A DNA stretch of 64,000 nt, taken from the NCBI GenBank assembly GCA_947478395.1, contig CANJVR010000001.1:320001-384000 (forward strand). The letters are read 5' to 3'. The notes beneath the pieces were generated by a model that was given only the letters and a program-made list of their open reading frames with translations, searched no databases and was not told where the DNA came from. This DNA is from Opitutia bacterium. GTDB taxonomy: Bacteria > Verrucomicrobiota > Verrucomicrobiia > Opitutales > Opitutaceae. This document shows positions 28,717 through 39,510 of this stretch, piece after piece. The position numbers and the translations under genes are program-made. How positions within the stretch are numbered: position 1 is the first letter of the stretch; the number at the start of each line of letters is the position of its first letter.

Positions 28717-29418
28717 TCATGCTCGCAGGGTCTTCTTCTGAACCCAAGTCGAACCTTCTGGCCTAATTGTCAATACATCGACGGGACCACCTACCGTCTT
28801 GAGCCGATTCTGAAATCGAAGCGTCCCAATAGTCGCAGCCATGCCAAACATGGCAAAATCGATAGCATCTTGTAACGAAAAGAAATTCCAAGGAATAGGA
28901 AATGATTCCAACTCCTGCGATGGTCGCTTATCTGAGCCACTCAACCAACAGGGCTGCACGAGCCTTATCAGCACATCTTTCTCACCATCCCAATTCGCGC
29001 CTTGATCAAAAGCGGGGTTCACTTCGCTGACCTCACCCGACAGCGTTAGCACGCGATATATTCGCTGCTTATTTTCTATATCATACCCGGCGACGTGAAA
29101 TGTGCTATTCAACGCAGGGCTCAGAGCTTTAAAGTAGATCAATAGGTTGCGCGCAACGTCGCCGACACGCACATCATTGTTTTGAATTATAAACTGATCA
29201 ATAAAACCCGCGATCGGCTTTCCTTGAATACCAGCATCTCCACATGTTGATATACCCACTCCGTTCTTTGTGCAAAAAAGCTTATTGGTTGAGTTGGAGA
29301 AATCGAATGACAGCACTTTCTCATTCGGCGCTTCGCCAACCTTCGTATTTAGCGTGAGCCGGCTATCTGCTGCCATCACCACCCCCTCATTCGTGTAGAC
29401 CGTTATTATCAGACTCAT
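28717..29418 (-). CDS. Proteasome beta-subunit-like Ntn hydrolase with Ser1
   Basis: After Met removal: S1...D17-S18-R19 ('EGVVMAADSR'), 'NKLF', 'GISTCG', 'HVAGYD', C-terminal 'TVGGPVDV'; AT-richer DNA. Confidence 0.75.
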   Translation of the reverse strand: MSLIITVYTNEGVVMAADSRLTLNTKVGEAPNEKVLSFDFSNSTNKLFCTKNGVGISTCGDAGIQGKPIAGFIDQFIIQNNDVRVGDVARNLLIYFKALSPALNSTFHVAGYDIENKQRIYRVLTLSGEVSEVNPAFDQGANWDGEKDVLIRLVQPCWLSGSDKRPSQELESFPIPWNFFSLQDAIDFAMFGMAATIGTLRFQNRLKTVGGPVDVLTIRPEGSTWVQKKTLRA

Positions 29419-29476
29419 TTTTTAGAGTGGCCTACGCACTATTATATCTTCCGCCAGTATTCTTTTTTGATATATT

Positions 29477-29505
29477 AAAAAGGCCCGACTTTCGTCGGGC
29501 CTTTT
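29477..29505 (-). terminator. Rho-independent terminator of nrdBA (possibly bidirectional)
   Basis: AAAA-AGGCCCGAC-TTTC-GTCGGGCCT-TTT, about 10 bp after the nrdA stop. Confidence 0.85.
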
Positions 29506-29515
29506 CAGCTATAAA

Positions 29516-32500
29516 TTACTGGCAGGCTTCACATTCGCCCCCGTTGCGCATCGCTTCGATGCTGCAGGCGGTTTTTTCAGCCGCACTATATTCTTTCTTA
29601 GCCGTCGCTGCGGGAGCCGCGCCGGACATCGCGAACGGCGGGGCGGTGATCTCGGCGGCGTGGGTGCCACCCGCGTCGCCGGAGTTTTGGCCGCCGCTGG
29701 CGCCTTCGTTCACGGCGCCGCGCATTTCTTTTTTCACGCCGACCGTGGCTTTCTCGATGTTCGAGGCACCGAGGCTGCGGAGGTAATACGTCGTCTTGAG
29801 GCCGGCGTGCCAGGCGTGGCGGTACATGTGACTCAGGGTTTTCAGGTCCGGGGTCTTGATCCAGAGGTTTACCGACTGCGCTTGGTCGATCCACTTCTGA
29901 CGGCGCGCGGCGGCGTCCACGATCCACTTCGCGTCGATGTCGAAGGCCGTAAGATATTTCGCCTTCAGGTCCGCCGGGATGCGCGTGATGTCCTTCAGCT
30001 CGCCGTCGAAGTACTTGAGGTTGTCGATCATGTCCTGATCCCAGAGTCCGCGGGCTTTCAGATCTTTCACGAGGAACGGATTCAGCACGATGAACTCGCC
30101 CGATAGATTCGATTTCACGAACAGGTTCTTGTACGTGGGCTCGATGCAGGGGGACGTGTTCGTGATGTTCGAGATCGTCGCGGTGGGCGCGATCGCGAGG
30201 ACGTTGGAATTGCGCATGCCTTGCTTCGCGATCTTCGCGCGCAGGGGCGCCCAATCCATCTTGCCGCCGCGGGGCACGTCGACGGGGACGCCGCGTTCCT
30301 GTTCGAGGAGGTCAACGGTGTCCTGCGGGAGCAGGCCGCGATCCCACTTCGAGCCTTTGTAGCTGGAGTAGGTGCCGCGCTCGGCCGCGAGGTCGCTGCT
30401 GGCTTCGTACGCGTAGTAGGCGATCGCTTCCATGGCCTCGTCGTTGAAGGCGAGAGCTTCATCGGAGGCGAAGGAGACGCCCTTCATGTAGAGCGCGTTG
30501 GCGAGACCCATGACGCCCATGCCGATCGGACGATGGCGCATGTTCGAGACCTTGGCGGCCTCGGTCGGGTAGAAATTAATATCGATGACGTTGTCGAGCG
30601 CGCGGACCGCCATGCGGATCGTCTCGCGCAGCTTCTGGTGGTCGAGCGAGCCGTCGGCGAGGAGGTGCGTCTCGAGGATAACCGAGCCGAGATTACAGAC
30701 GGCGGTTTCTTCCTTGGAGGTGTTGAGCGTGATCTCGGTGCAGAGATTGGAGGAGTGGATGACGCCAACGTGGTCCTGCGGGGAGCGGACGTTGCAGGCG
30801 TCTTTAAACGTGATCCACGGGTGGCCGGTTTCGAAGATGAGCGAGAGCATCTTCTTCCAGAGATCGAGCGCCTCGACTTTTTGCCCGTAGATTTTCCCTT
30901 CCTCGGCGAGCTTCTCGTAAGCGAGGTAACGCTCTTCGAATTTCTTGCCGAAGGTTTCGTGGAGATCAGGGACTTCGTTGGCGCGGAAAAGCGTCCAGGG
31001 TCCGCGCGCCTCCATGCGCTTCATGAACAGATCGGGAATCCAGTTCGCCGTGTTCATGTCGTGCGTGCGGCGGCGGTCGTCGCCGGTGTTTTTGCGCAGC
31101 TCGAGGAATTCGAAGATGTCGTTGTGCCACGTCTCGAGGTAGGCGCAGCCGGAGCCCTTGCGTTTGCCGCCCTGGTTGATGGCGACGAGCTGGTCGTTGT
31201 GGAGCTTCAGGAACGGAATGACGCCCTGCGATTCGCCGTTGGTGCCGCCGATGTAGGCGCCCGTGCCCCGGACGGCGGTCCAAGAACCGCCGAGACCGCC
31301 GGCCCATTTGGAGAGATAGGCGTTTTCGGAAATGCCGCGTTGGAAAATGCCCTCGATGGAGTCATCGACGTAGTAAAGATAGCAGGAGCTGAGCTGCGAG
31401 TGGAGCGTGCCGGCGTTGAACAACGTGGGCGTGCTGGAGCAGAAACGGCGGGTCTTGTAGAGCGAGTAGAGACCGATGGCCTTGCCCTCGCGGTCCGTGG
31501 GCTCGTCGAGTGAGAGACCCATGGCGACGCGGATCCAGAAGAACTGGGGCGTCTCGAGGCGGCGCGACGGCTTCTTGGTTTTGTCGATGATGAGGTAGCG
31601 ATCGTAAAGCGTCTGGATACCGAGAAAGTCGAACTCGAGGTCGGAGGACGGATCGAGGGCGGCGGCCATCTTGGTGAGATCGAACTGCAGGAGGCGCGGG
31701 TTGAGGCGCTTGATCGCGACGCCGTGCTCGAGGTATTTTTTGAACGCGCGCTGGTGGAATTCCTTCAGCTTGGCGATGCCGTCGCGCATGATGTCCCAGC
31801 CGAGAACTTCTTCGTAGATGTAAGTGAGCTGGATGCGGCCGGAGAATTTCGCGAAGTCGGCGTCGCGCTCGATCAAAGTTTTCGAGTTTAGCGTGATCGT
31901 GGCGTCGAGGTCCTTTTGAGAAATCTGGTCGTAAACCGCGCGGCGGAGTTCCTGTTCGATTTCCTCGTTGGAGAGGCAGAGATCGAGGCCGATGCGGGCG
32001 AATTCGATGCGTTGGCGGAGATCGGCGCCGTCCCAGAAAACATTTTCGCCGTTGGGCTTTTTGACGACGATCAAGGTTTCCTGACCGGCGGCGGACGGCG
32101 TGGCGGTGGTCGCGGCGGGCTCGACGACTTCGTCGGGGCCGTTGCTGCGCACGGCGGCGGCGCGTTCGCGGAATTGGATGTAGGCTTTCGCGACCTTAAA
32201 GAAGCCGGCCTTCATGAGCTCCTCTTCGACCATGTCCTGGATTTCCTCAATGTGGACGAACGCCTGCTTGGACGCGTGGACGCGCTCGGAAACGGCTTTG
32301 GTGACGGCGACGGCGGGGGCGGAATCGCGCTCGAGGGAGAGGAAGGTTTTGCGGACGGCGATCTCGACCTTCTGCTCGCTCCACGGGACGACCTGATTGT
32401 TGCGGCGGATGACGCGGAGGGTGGACTGGACGGCGGAGTTGCGGTCGATGGCGATTTTGCGGGCGCGATTGAGGAGCAGGCTTTTCGCGACGAAGTAGGC

Positions 32501-32881
32501 GTTGTTGTCGACGAGCGTTTTTTCGATGAGCTCGTAAAGCGCGTTGAGCGAAAGACGGAGGGGATTCTGATCGCGGGCGAGCGCGGAAAGATTGGCGGAG
32601 ACCTCGCGGCAGATGCGTGTGACCCAGGCGCGGTTGGCGTCGGTGAAGATCTCTTTTTCGCCCTTCGCGAGTGAGACGTTGGTGAGGGCCTTGCCGAGCG
32701 TGTCGGCGACTTCAGCGAGGACGAAGCGCTCTTCGCCGTGCGGGCAGAGCAGCACGATGGGCGGGAGCGGGATATTTTCGGTGGCGAGGGCGTCGCGCCA
32801 GGCGTAATGGGGTTTTTGTTCGACGGGAGCGTGGACGGTGCGCTTGAGGGCGAGGTCGTGCGCGAGGGAAGGATTGCTCAT
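29516..32881 (-). CDS. nrdA: Ribonucleoside-diphosphate reductase alpha subunit, class I, with multiple N-terminal ATP-cone-like segments
   Basis: 'SSTPTLFNAG', 'SSCY', 'QGGKRKG', 'SNLCTEI', 'APTATIS', 'KTTYYLR', C-terminal 'CEACQ'. Confidence 0.96.
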   Translation of the reverse strand: MSNPSLAHDLALKRTVHAPVEQKPHYAWRDALATENIPLPPIVLLCPHGEERFVLAEVADTLGKALTNVSLAKGEKEIFTDANRAWVTRICREVSANLSALARDQNPLRLSLNALYELIEKTLVDNNAYFVAKSLLLNRARKIAIDRNSAVQSTLRVIRRNNQVVPWSEQKVEIAVRKTFLSLERDSAPAVAVTKAVSERVHASKQAFVHIEEIQDMVEEELMKAGFFKVAKAYIQFRERAAAVRSNGPDEVVEPAATTATPSAAGQETLIVVKKPNGENVFWDGADLRQRIEFARIGLDLCLSNEEIEQELRRAVYDQISQKDLDATITLNSKTLIERDADFAKFSGRIQLTYIYEEVLGWDIMRDGIAKLKEFHQRAFKKYLEHGVAIKRLNPRLLQFDLTKMAAALDPSSDLEFDFLGIQTLYDRYLIIDKTKKPSRRLETPQFFWIRVAMGLSLDEPTDREGKAIGLYSLYKTRRFCSSTPTLFNAGTLHSQLSSCYLYYVDDSIEGIFQRGISENAYLSKWAGGLGGSWTAVRGTGAYIGGTNGESQGVIPFLKLHNDQLVAINQGGKRKGSGCAYLETWHNDIFEFLELRKNTGDDRRRTHDMNTANWIPDLFMKRMEARGPWTLFRANEVPDLHETFGKKFEERYLAYEKLAEEGKIYGQKVEALDLWKKMLSLIFETGHPWITFKDACNVRSPQDHVGVIHSSNLCTEITLNTSKEETAVCNLGSVILETHLLADGSLDHQKLRETIRMAVRALDNVIDINFYPTEAAKVSNMRHRPIGMGVMGLANALYMKGVSFASDEALAFNDEAMEAIAYYAYEASSDLAAERGTYSSYKGSKWDRGLLPQDTVDLLEQERGVPVDVPRGGKMDWAPLRAKIAKQGMRNSNVLAIAPTATISNITNTSPCIEPTYKNLFVKSNLSGEFIVLNPFLVKDLKARGLWDQDMIDNLKYFDGELKDITRIPADLKAKYLTAFDIDAKWIVDAAARRQKWIDQAQSVNLWIKTPDLKTLSHMYRHAWHAGLKTTYYLRSLGASNIEKATVGVKKEMRGAVNEGASGGQNSGDAGGTHAAEITAPPFAMSGAAPAATAKKEYSAAEKTACSIEAMRNGGECEACQ

Positions 32882-33040
32882 GGCGGGAAGGCGAAAGGAG
32901 ACCAAACGGTGAAGGACGGGAAGGGAGACACTCCGTGTGCGGCCGGCGAAGCCGCGGTCGGGAAATGAAAACGGAGCAGGCGCTCGGTTAGAGGAGGTAC
33001 AGCGAAGCGGGAGGAAAAACGAAGCGGCGAGCCAGCGGGG

Positions 33041-34126
<1,086 letters not shown>

Positions 34127-34234
34127 GACGAGAGGAGGAGGGAAACGTGGATTTGGGCGTGGGAACGCGGCATTTCCGACGCCTCCAAGTGCATAGCGAA
34201 CCAAAGTTGCTATAACTTATTGACGCGTTGTTGA

Positions 34235-34282
34235 CCACAACGGGGTGTGGTCAGGAGCTCCCGCAACCACAACCGATGGGAA
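34235..34282. promoter_or_regulatory. Putative tandem NrdR boxes upstream of nrdB
   Basis: Palindrome CCACAACGGGGTGTGG at 34235 and a weaker CCACAACCGATGGGAA at 34267, 32 bp apart. Confidence 0.5.
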
Positions 34283-35015
34283 TGGGCGAAATGCGCGTCA
34301 ATAGGTTTATGGCTAGATTTGTGTGAAATTTATCAAGTTTTTGGCTTGCGCGACTATCAGCGGAGAATCTCAGAGCGAAAAAACGTTCGACCTCACACTC
34401 CGGTCTAGTTGGCCCGAAAAAAAAGTGATAAAAATCCTCTAAATCGGTCGCTCCAGGCCATCGAGTTTGGCCGGAGTCCACCCCAGTTTCAGAGGGCGCG
34501 GCCGTATTTAAAAAGCAGAGACTTAATGTACTCGCCCAATCGCCCGAGAACCGGGCGCGAATGCGGAGCAGATAGTTTAATGTCAAAATATCCTCCGCCG
34601 CAAAATCGTCCGGCCCGCTCCCCGGCGCAGGTGATGATCGCTCTTTTGGCACCGTTTTTTATGACCCAACAACGTCTCGGCGCTTCCATGAAGCATTCGA
34701 TCACAGCTGGGGCGCGCCAGACCGCGCCGCCCACGCCCCGCGGGTCTACTACGCGCGGCCGATTCCCGCCGGCGGCCAGCGCGTTGGTCACGTCGAAGAG
34801 AAAGCCGAGCGGCCGCGAGGCAAACTTTTGGTGGCCAGACGCCACTTGCAACGCGGTCAACGGACCGCGCCGGCGGTGCGGGCCTTGGCCAGCTGGTTGA
34901 GCCTCGGGTGATCGCAGTCCCCTAAAACTCCCCTCCGATTTCCTGCGGCGGAAAAAAGGATGAAGACCGAATTTTTCCGTGTGTTTGCCTGGCGCCCCCC
35001 TAACTCTGCGCCGTC

Positions 35016-36854
35016 ATGCCGGTCGCCACGCCCAGTCTCGACGAAATTCTAAAGCGCACGTTCGGCTACGGCACGTTTCGTCCCCTCCAGCGCGAGATCA
35101 TCGATGCCACCCTCGCCGGCCGCGATGTCTTCGCGCTGCTCCCCACCGGCGGTGGCAAATCGCTCTGCTTTCAACTCCCCGCCCTCGCCCGCCCCGGACT
35201 CACCGTGGTCGTTTCGCCACTCATCGCCTTGATGAAGGACCAAGTCGACGCCCTCCAGGCCAGCGGCGTCGCCGCCACGTTTCTCAACTCGACGCTGGAC
35301 GCTGACGAAGCACGCGCGCGCCTCCGCGGGCTGCACCGAGGCGAGTACAAATTGCTCTACGCCGCGCCCGAGCGCTTGATGCTCGAGGGCTGGCAGGAAA
35401 ATTTGAAAGCGTGGAACGTAACGTGCCTCGCCGTCGACGAAGCCCACTGCGTTTCCGAGTGGGGTCACGATTTCCGGCCTGAATATCGCCAGCTCGCCAA
35501 ACTCCGCGCCGCGCTGCCCAACGTTCCGGTGATGGCGCTCACGGCCACCGCGACCGAACGCGTGCGCGCCGACATCATCACGCACCTTCAGCTCCGCGAT
35601 CCGGGAATTTTCGTCGCGAGCTTCAACCGGCCCAACCTAACCTATCGCGTCGTCCCCAAAGACGAGCCGCTCAAGCAGATCATCGAGTTCGTGCGGAAGC
35701 GGGAGCACGAAAGCGGCATCATTTACTGTGCGAGCCGGGCGACGGCCGAGCGCGTGGCCGAATCGCTCGCCGGCCGAGGGTTTCTCGCGCGCCCCTATCA
35801 TGCGGGGCTCGACGCCGGCGACCGCGCGCGCAACCAGGAGCAGTTTCTCCGCGACGATACCCGCATCATGAGCGCAACGATCGCGTTCGGGATGGGCATC
35901 AACAAGCCAAACGTCCGCTGGATCATTCATCACGACCTGCCGAAAAATATCGAAGGCTATTATCAGGAAACCGGCCGCGCGGGCCGCGATGGCCTGCCTG
36001 GCGACTGTCTCTTGCTTTTCAGCGCGGGCGACATCGCCAAACAAACGCATTTTCTCGACGAGATCACCGACGAGCACGAGCGCTCCGTAGCGCGGGCGCA
36101 ATTGCGGCAGATCGTGCATTATGCCGAAAGTCCGACCTGCCGGCGCGCCGAACTACTCGAATATTTCGGGGAAAATTTTCCGCTCGATAACTGCGGTGCC
36201 TGCGACAACTGCAGCGAGCCTCGTGAGAGCTTCGATGGCACCCTCGTGGCGCAGAAATTTCTTTCGTGCGTTTACCGGATTCAGCAGGCGAGCCGCTTCG
36301 GGACCGGCATGAATCACGTGATTGAAGTGCTCACCGGCGCCCAGACCGAGAAAATCCAGCGCTGGGGCCATGAACAGCTCACCACCTACGGTATCGGCCG
36401 CGAACTCTCGCGACCGCAATGGTCGTCGGTTGGCCGCGAGCTGATGCGCCTCGGGTATGTGGCCGTGGGCCACGGCGAATACGCCACGCTCGAGATCACA
36501 GAGGCAGGCATGGCCGTCCTGCGCGCCCGCACTCCGATCACGCTCACAAAGCCGATGGACACGCCCAAGGCGAAACGGGTCGTGCGTCGCGAGGGCGACA
36601 TCGCGTGCGACGAGATCCTCTTCGAGAAACTACGCTCACTCCGGAAACGGCTCGCCGACGAGCGGAAGGTACCCGCGTACATTGTTTTTGGTGACACCAC
36701 GCTGCGGGCGATGGCCCGTGAATATCCGGAAAGCGCGAAAGCGATGGAAGGCATTCCCGGCATGGGCGAAAAGAAGCGCGCGGAGTTCGGCGAGGTCTTC
36801 GCGGCTGAAATCGCCGGTTATCTCGCGGCCAATTCCCGCATGGCATTTGAGTAG
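35016..36854 (+). CDS. recQ: ATP-dependent DNA helicase RecQ
   Basis: 'PTGGGKSLCFQLP', 'DEAHCVSEWGHDFRPEY', 'QETGRAGRDG', RQC cysteines, HRDC domain. Confidence 0.97.
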   Translation: MPVATPSLDEILKRTFGYGTFRPLQREIIDATLAGRDVFALLPTGGGKSLCFQLPALARPGLTVVVSPLIALMKDQVDALQASGVAATFLNSTLDADEARARLRGLHRGEYKLLYAAPERLMLEGWQENLKAWNVTCLAVDEAHCVSEWGHDFRPEYRQLAKLRAALPNVPVMALTATATERVRADIITHLQLRDPGIFVASFNRPNLTYRVVPKDEPLKQIIEFVRKREHESGIIYCASRATAERVAESLAGRGFLARPYHAGLDAGDRARNQEQFLRDDTRIMSATIAFGMGINKPNVRWIIHHDLPKNIEGYYQETGRAGRDGLPGDCLLLFSAGDIAKQTHFLDEITDEHERSVARAQLRQIVHYAESPTCRRAELLEYFGENFPLDNCGACDNCSEPRESFDGTLVAQKFLSCVYRIQQASRFGTGMNHVIEVLTGAQTEKIQRWGHEQLTTYGIGRELSRPQWSSVGRELMRLGYVAVGHGEYATLEITEAGMAVLRARTPITLTKPMDTPKAKRVVRREGDIACDEILFEKLRSLRKRLADERKVPAYIVFGDTTLRAMAREYPESAKAMEGIPGMGEKKRAEFGEVFAAEIAGYLAANSRMAFE

Positions 36855-36888
36855 CCGGGGCAAAATCCAACGGCAATCGGTGCGATTT

Positions 36889-37041
36889 TTAGAGCGCGGC
36901 TCGATGGCTTTAAGTTTTTCCGTGGCCGTTTTGCGTAGCGGTAGACGCCTCTGCCTGCCGGGTTCGGCGTCCTCGTTTCGGCCGGCTGGGACGCCTGCCG
37001 CCCCATCGTTCGCGGCTACGATTTTGGTTAAACCGCTCTAA
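36889..37041 (-). repeat. Miniature element copy D
   Basis: TTAGAGCG...AAGTTTTTCCGTGGCCG...GTAGCGGTAGACGCCTCTGCCTGCCG...GGGACGCCTGCCGC...AAACCGCTCTAA. Confidence 0.8.
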
Positions 37042-37221
37042 AAGGCCTCGAATCCAAATTTTTGATTAGCGGAACGCGTGAGCCTTTTGGAGGAGCCCCT
37101 CAGAAGCCTCACGGCTTTCGCTCCGCTGAAACGCGTTTTTTAACGCCCGCCGGACCCGACGGATTGCACGTGAGTCGATCGTCCAACCGTCGCGCCCGGA
37201 GATCGAGACCCTGCCCGGAAA

Positions 37222-38301
37222 TTATTTCGCGGCCGGAGCCGTTCCCTGACGTTTCAGCAGCTGACCGCGGAGGAAAGTATCCACGGGCGCATCACGCCAC
37301 GCCGAGAGCCAGAGCGCGCCGAGCATCTCGCCGCCCTTGAGTAACTGGCCCGTGATAAACGCGCGGCCTTCTTCTGTCGGCGGCTTGCCGGCTTCGATGC
37401 GAAATTTACCAGCCTGGTCCATCGCGTAGAGCGGCTCCACGAGTTTGTTTTGCGCGAGCAAGTAGTCCAAGATCGCGACAAACATTGGATCGCGGTGGTC
37501 CGGCCGAGCGGCGATCGAGATTGGCGCCGCCGGCTTCACCCTCGGCACGAGATCAGCCAGGCTGATGCCCGCCCGGCCGACGAAACCACCATCGATCCAA
37601 CTGTGAATCGTCGAAGCGACGCTCTGGCCGGCGGCATTCACCGTAAATGCCGGACCGTAGCCCTTGGGATTGGGACCGACCCAGCCATTGTGATGCACGG
37701 TGGTGTGTAACGGCTGCGCACAATCGCCGACGAAGTGGCCCATCACGCCCATAATGTAGACGATGTTCGCCTCGGCGTTCGCGATCTCCACCGGGGTGCC
37801 GCCGTTTTCCTGAAACGTTTTCAAGTAGGCGAAGCCCGACTTCAAGCGGGTGTAATACTCATCGATGGTCCAAGGTGCGAAACCCGGCCACTCGCGCGTG
37901 TGATCGGTGTTCTTCGTCGGATCGATCGCGGGAAACTTATCCAAGTGCGCGGCGCGACCCGCCGCAAACGCTACGACAAAATCGAAACGCAGCGACGGCA
38001 GCGTGGCGAAATCGAGCCCCGCATCCGTCAGTTGCTCCAAGTCGCAAAAATGATCCGTCCAGCTGCCGCCCGACTGACGCATGATTGCGTCGGGCACGTT
38101 GCGCCAGCGGTCGGGTTCGCCAGCGAGAAAGGCGACCCGTTCGGCGTTGCTCGCAGTGCGCACGAAAGCGGGAAAGTCAGCGGGCAGCGAAGCGAGCGCG
38201 ACCTGGTTCACCATGCGATGCCCCTCGTAGTCCCAAGCGCGGGCCAGTGGGATGATCGAAAGGGTCGCGACGATAACCTGGGCGAGGGAGCGAATTTTCA
38301 T
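37222..38301 (-). CDS. Secreted S1/P1 nuclease / phospholipase C-like Zn enzyme
   Basis: Mature N-terminus 'WDYEGH', 'EPDRWR', 'GHFVGDCAQPLHT', 'HSWID'. Confidence 0.8.
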   Translation of the reverse strand: MKIRSLAQVIVATLSIIPLARAWDYEGHRMVNQVALASLPADFPAFVRTASNAERVAFLAGEPDRWRNVPDAIMRQSGGSWTDHFCDLEQLTDAGLDFATLPSLRFDFVVAFAAGRAAHLDKFPAIDPTKNTDHTREWPGFAPWTIDEYYTRLKSGFAYLKTFQENGGTPVEIANAEANIVYIMGVMGHFVGDCAQPLHTTVHHNGWVGPNPKGYGPAFTVNAAGQSVASTIHSWIDGGFVGRAGISLADLVPRVKPAAPISIAARPDHRDPMFVAILDYLLAQNKLVEPLYAMDQAGKFRIEAGKPPTEEGRAFITGQLLKGGEMLGALWLSAWRDAPVDTFLRGQLLKRQGTAPAAK

Positions 38302-39500
38302 CGGGGGATGGATGGGGACGAGGGAATAGGATTTGCAGACGACCAAGCAGATTTCGGGCGTAACGCTTCCAGTGTCGAGGCATAGGCCTGGATTCCGTCC
38401 GCGATACCCTCCGCGATTTTCTGCCGGTACTCGGGCGTCGCGGCGCGCTTGGCTTCCGCTTCGTTCGAAAGAAAAACTGATTCGACCAAAATGCCGGGGC
38501 AGTTGAGCCCGCGTAGTACCGCGGAGTGCTTGCTTTTCACTCCACGGTCGCTCGTGCCGAGTTTTTTCAACACCGCGCCCTGCATCTCGTGCGCGAAGAG
38601 CGAACTCCACGGATCGAAGCGATTCACCGGCACCAATTCGGACTCGGCGTCATCGGTCTGGCCCGCACCAAGCGACTGATCCGACCGTTGACCGCGCCGC
38701 GTGAAGACAAAGGTCTCGGTGCCGCCCACGCGGGTATTAGGATAAAGCGAGTTGAAATGAATACTCACCATGAGATCCGCGCCGGCCACGTTCGCGACCA
38801 CCGCGCGCTGCTGCCAGTCGACTGGTTTGGTGGGCCCCAGATTCCGATCGTCGCGTCGTGTCAGCACGACCCTGTAGCCCTGCGCGAGCAGCAGTTTTTC
38901 CAAGAGCAACGCGACATCGAGCGTCAGGACTTTTTCCTGAAGGTGCAGCGATTCGTTTTCCATGCCCGGGTCATTGCCGCCATGACCTGGATCGATGGCG
39001 ATCGTTTGCAAGGGGCTGGGCAATGGCCCGGCGAGGTCGGGGCGCATGATCGCCAGCAGTCCTCCCTCGTAGTCCGTCTTGCCGACATAGTGCAGGCTGT
39101 CGCGGGCCAGCACCGGATCGCCGAGAAAAAACCGGCGGCCATCGCAGGAAACTTCGCGCCGATCCGTGGTGAACACCAGCGTCCGGACGCCATTGCGCAG
39201 CGTGAGCTCACGTTTCACCTCGTTCCACGAGACTTTGTATTCGAGCTGCGCCGCGATCTCCGCGAGGCCGACATAGTCGATTTTCTTAAAACGGACCACG
39301 TTCAGCCGCGCTGGTTTCGGCGCCTGCATCGCGGCGATTCTGACTCCATCCGGCCGCGACGGCGCCGGACGGGCCCCGCTGGCTGGAACTGCATTTACCG
39401 TTTGGGCCTGCGCCTCACGGCCCAGCGACAGCCAGGCAAACGGGAGCGCCGAAAGAATGATCGCGCGATACGCGGCTCGACGGAGGCGCGACGGAAACAT
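38298..39500 (-). CDS. N-acetylmuramoyl-L-alanine amidase (Amidase_3)
   Basis: 'IAIDPGHGGNDPG', 'EK', 'VSIHFNS', 'ILVESVFLSN'. Confidence 0.92.
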   Translation of the reverse strand: MFPSRLRRAAYRAIILSALPFAWLSLGREAQAQTVNAVPASGARPAPSRPDGVRIAAMQAPKPARLNVVRFKKIDYVGLAEIAAQLEYKVSWNEVKRELTLRNGVRTLVFTTDRREVSCDGRRFFLGDPVLARDSLHYVGKTDYEGGLLAIMRPDLAGPLPSPLQTIAIDPGHGGNDPGMENESLHLQEKVLTLDVALLLEKLLLAQGYRVVLTRRDDRNLGPTKPVDWQQRAVVANVAGADLMVSIHFNSLYPNTRVGGTETFVFTRRGQRSDQSLGAGQTDDAESELVPVNRFDPWSSLFAHEMQGAVLKKLGTSDRGVKSKHSAVLRGLNCPGILVESVFLSNEAEAKRAATPEYRQKIAEGIADGIQAYASTLEALRPKSAWSSANPIPSSPSIPR

Positions 39501-39510
39501 CGCGCGATCC

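Noticed and set aside
29516..32881. Intein or intron in the long nrdA
   Set aside because: Extra length is explained by N-terminal ATP-cone-like segments and a low-complexity C-terminal linker; no splice motifs or homing endonuclease seen
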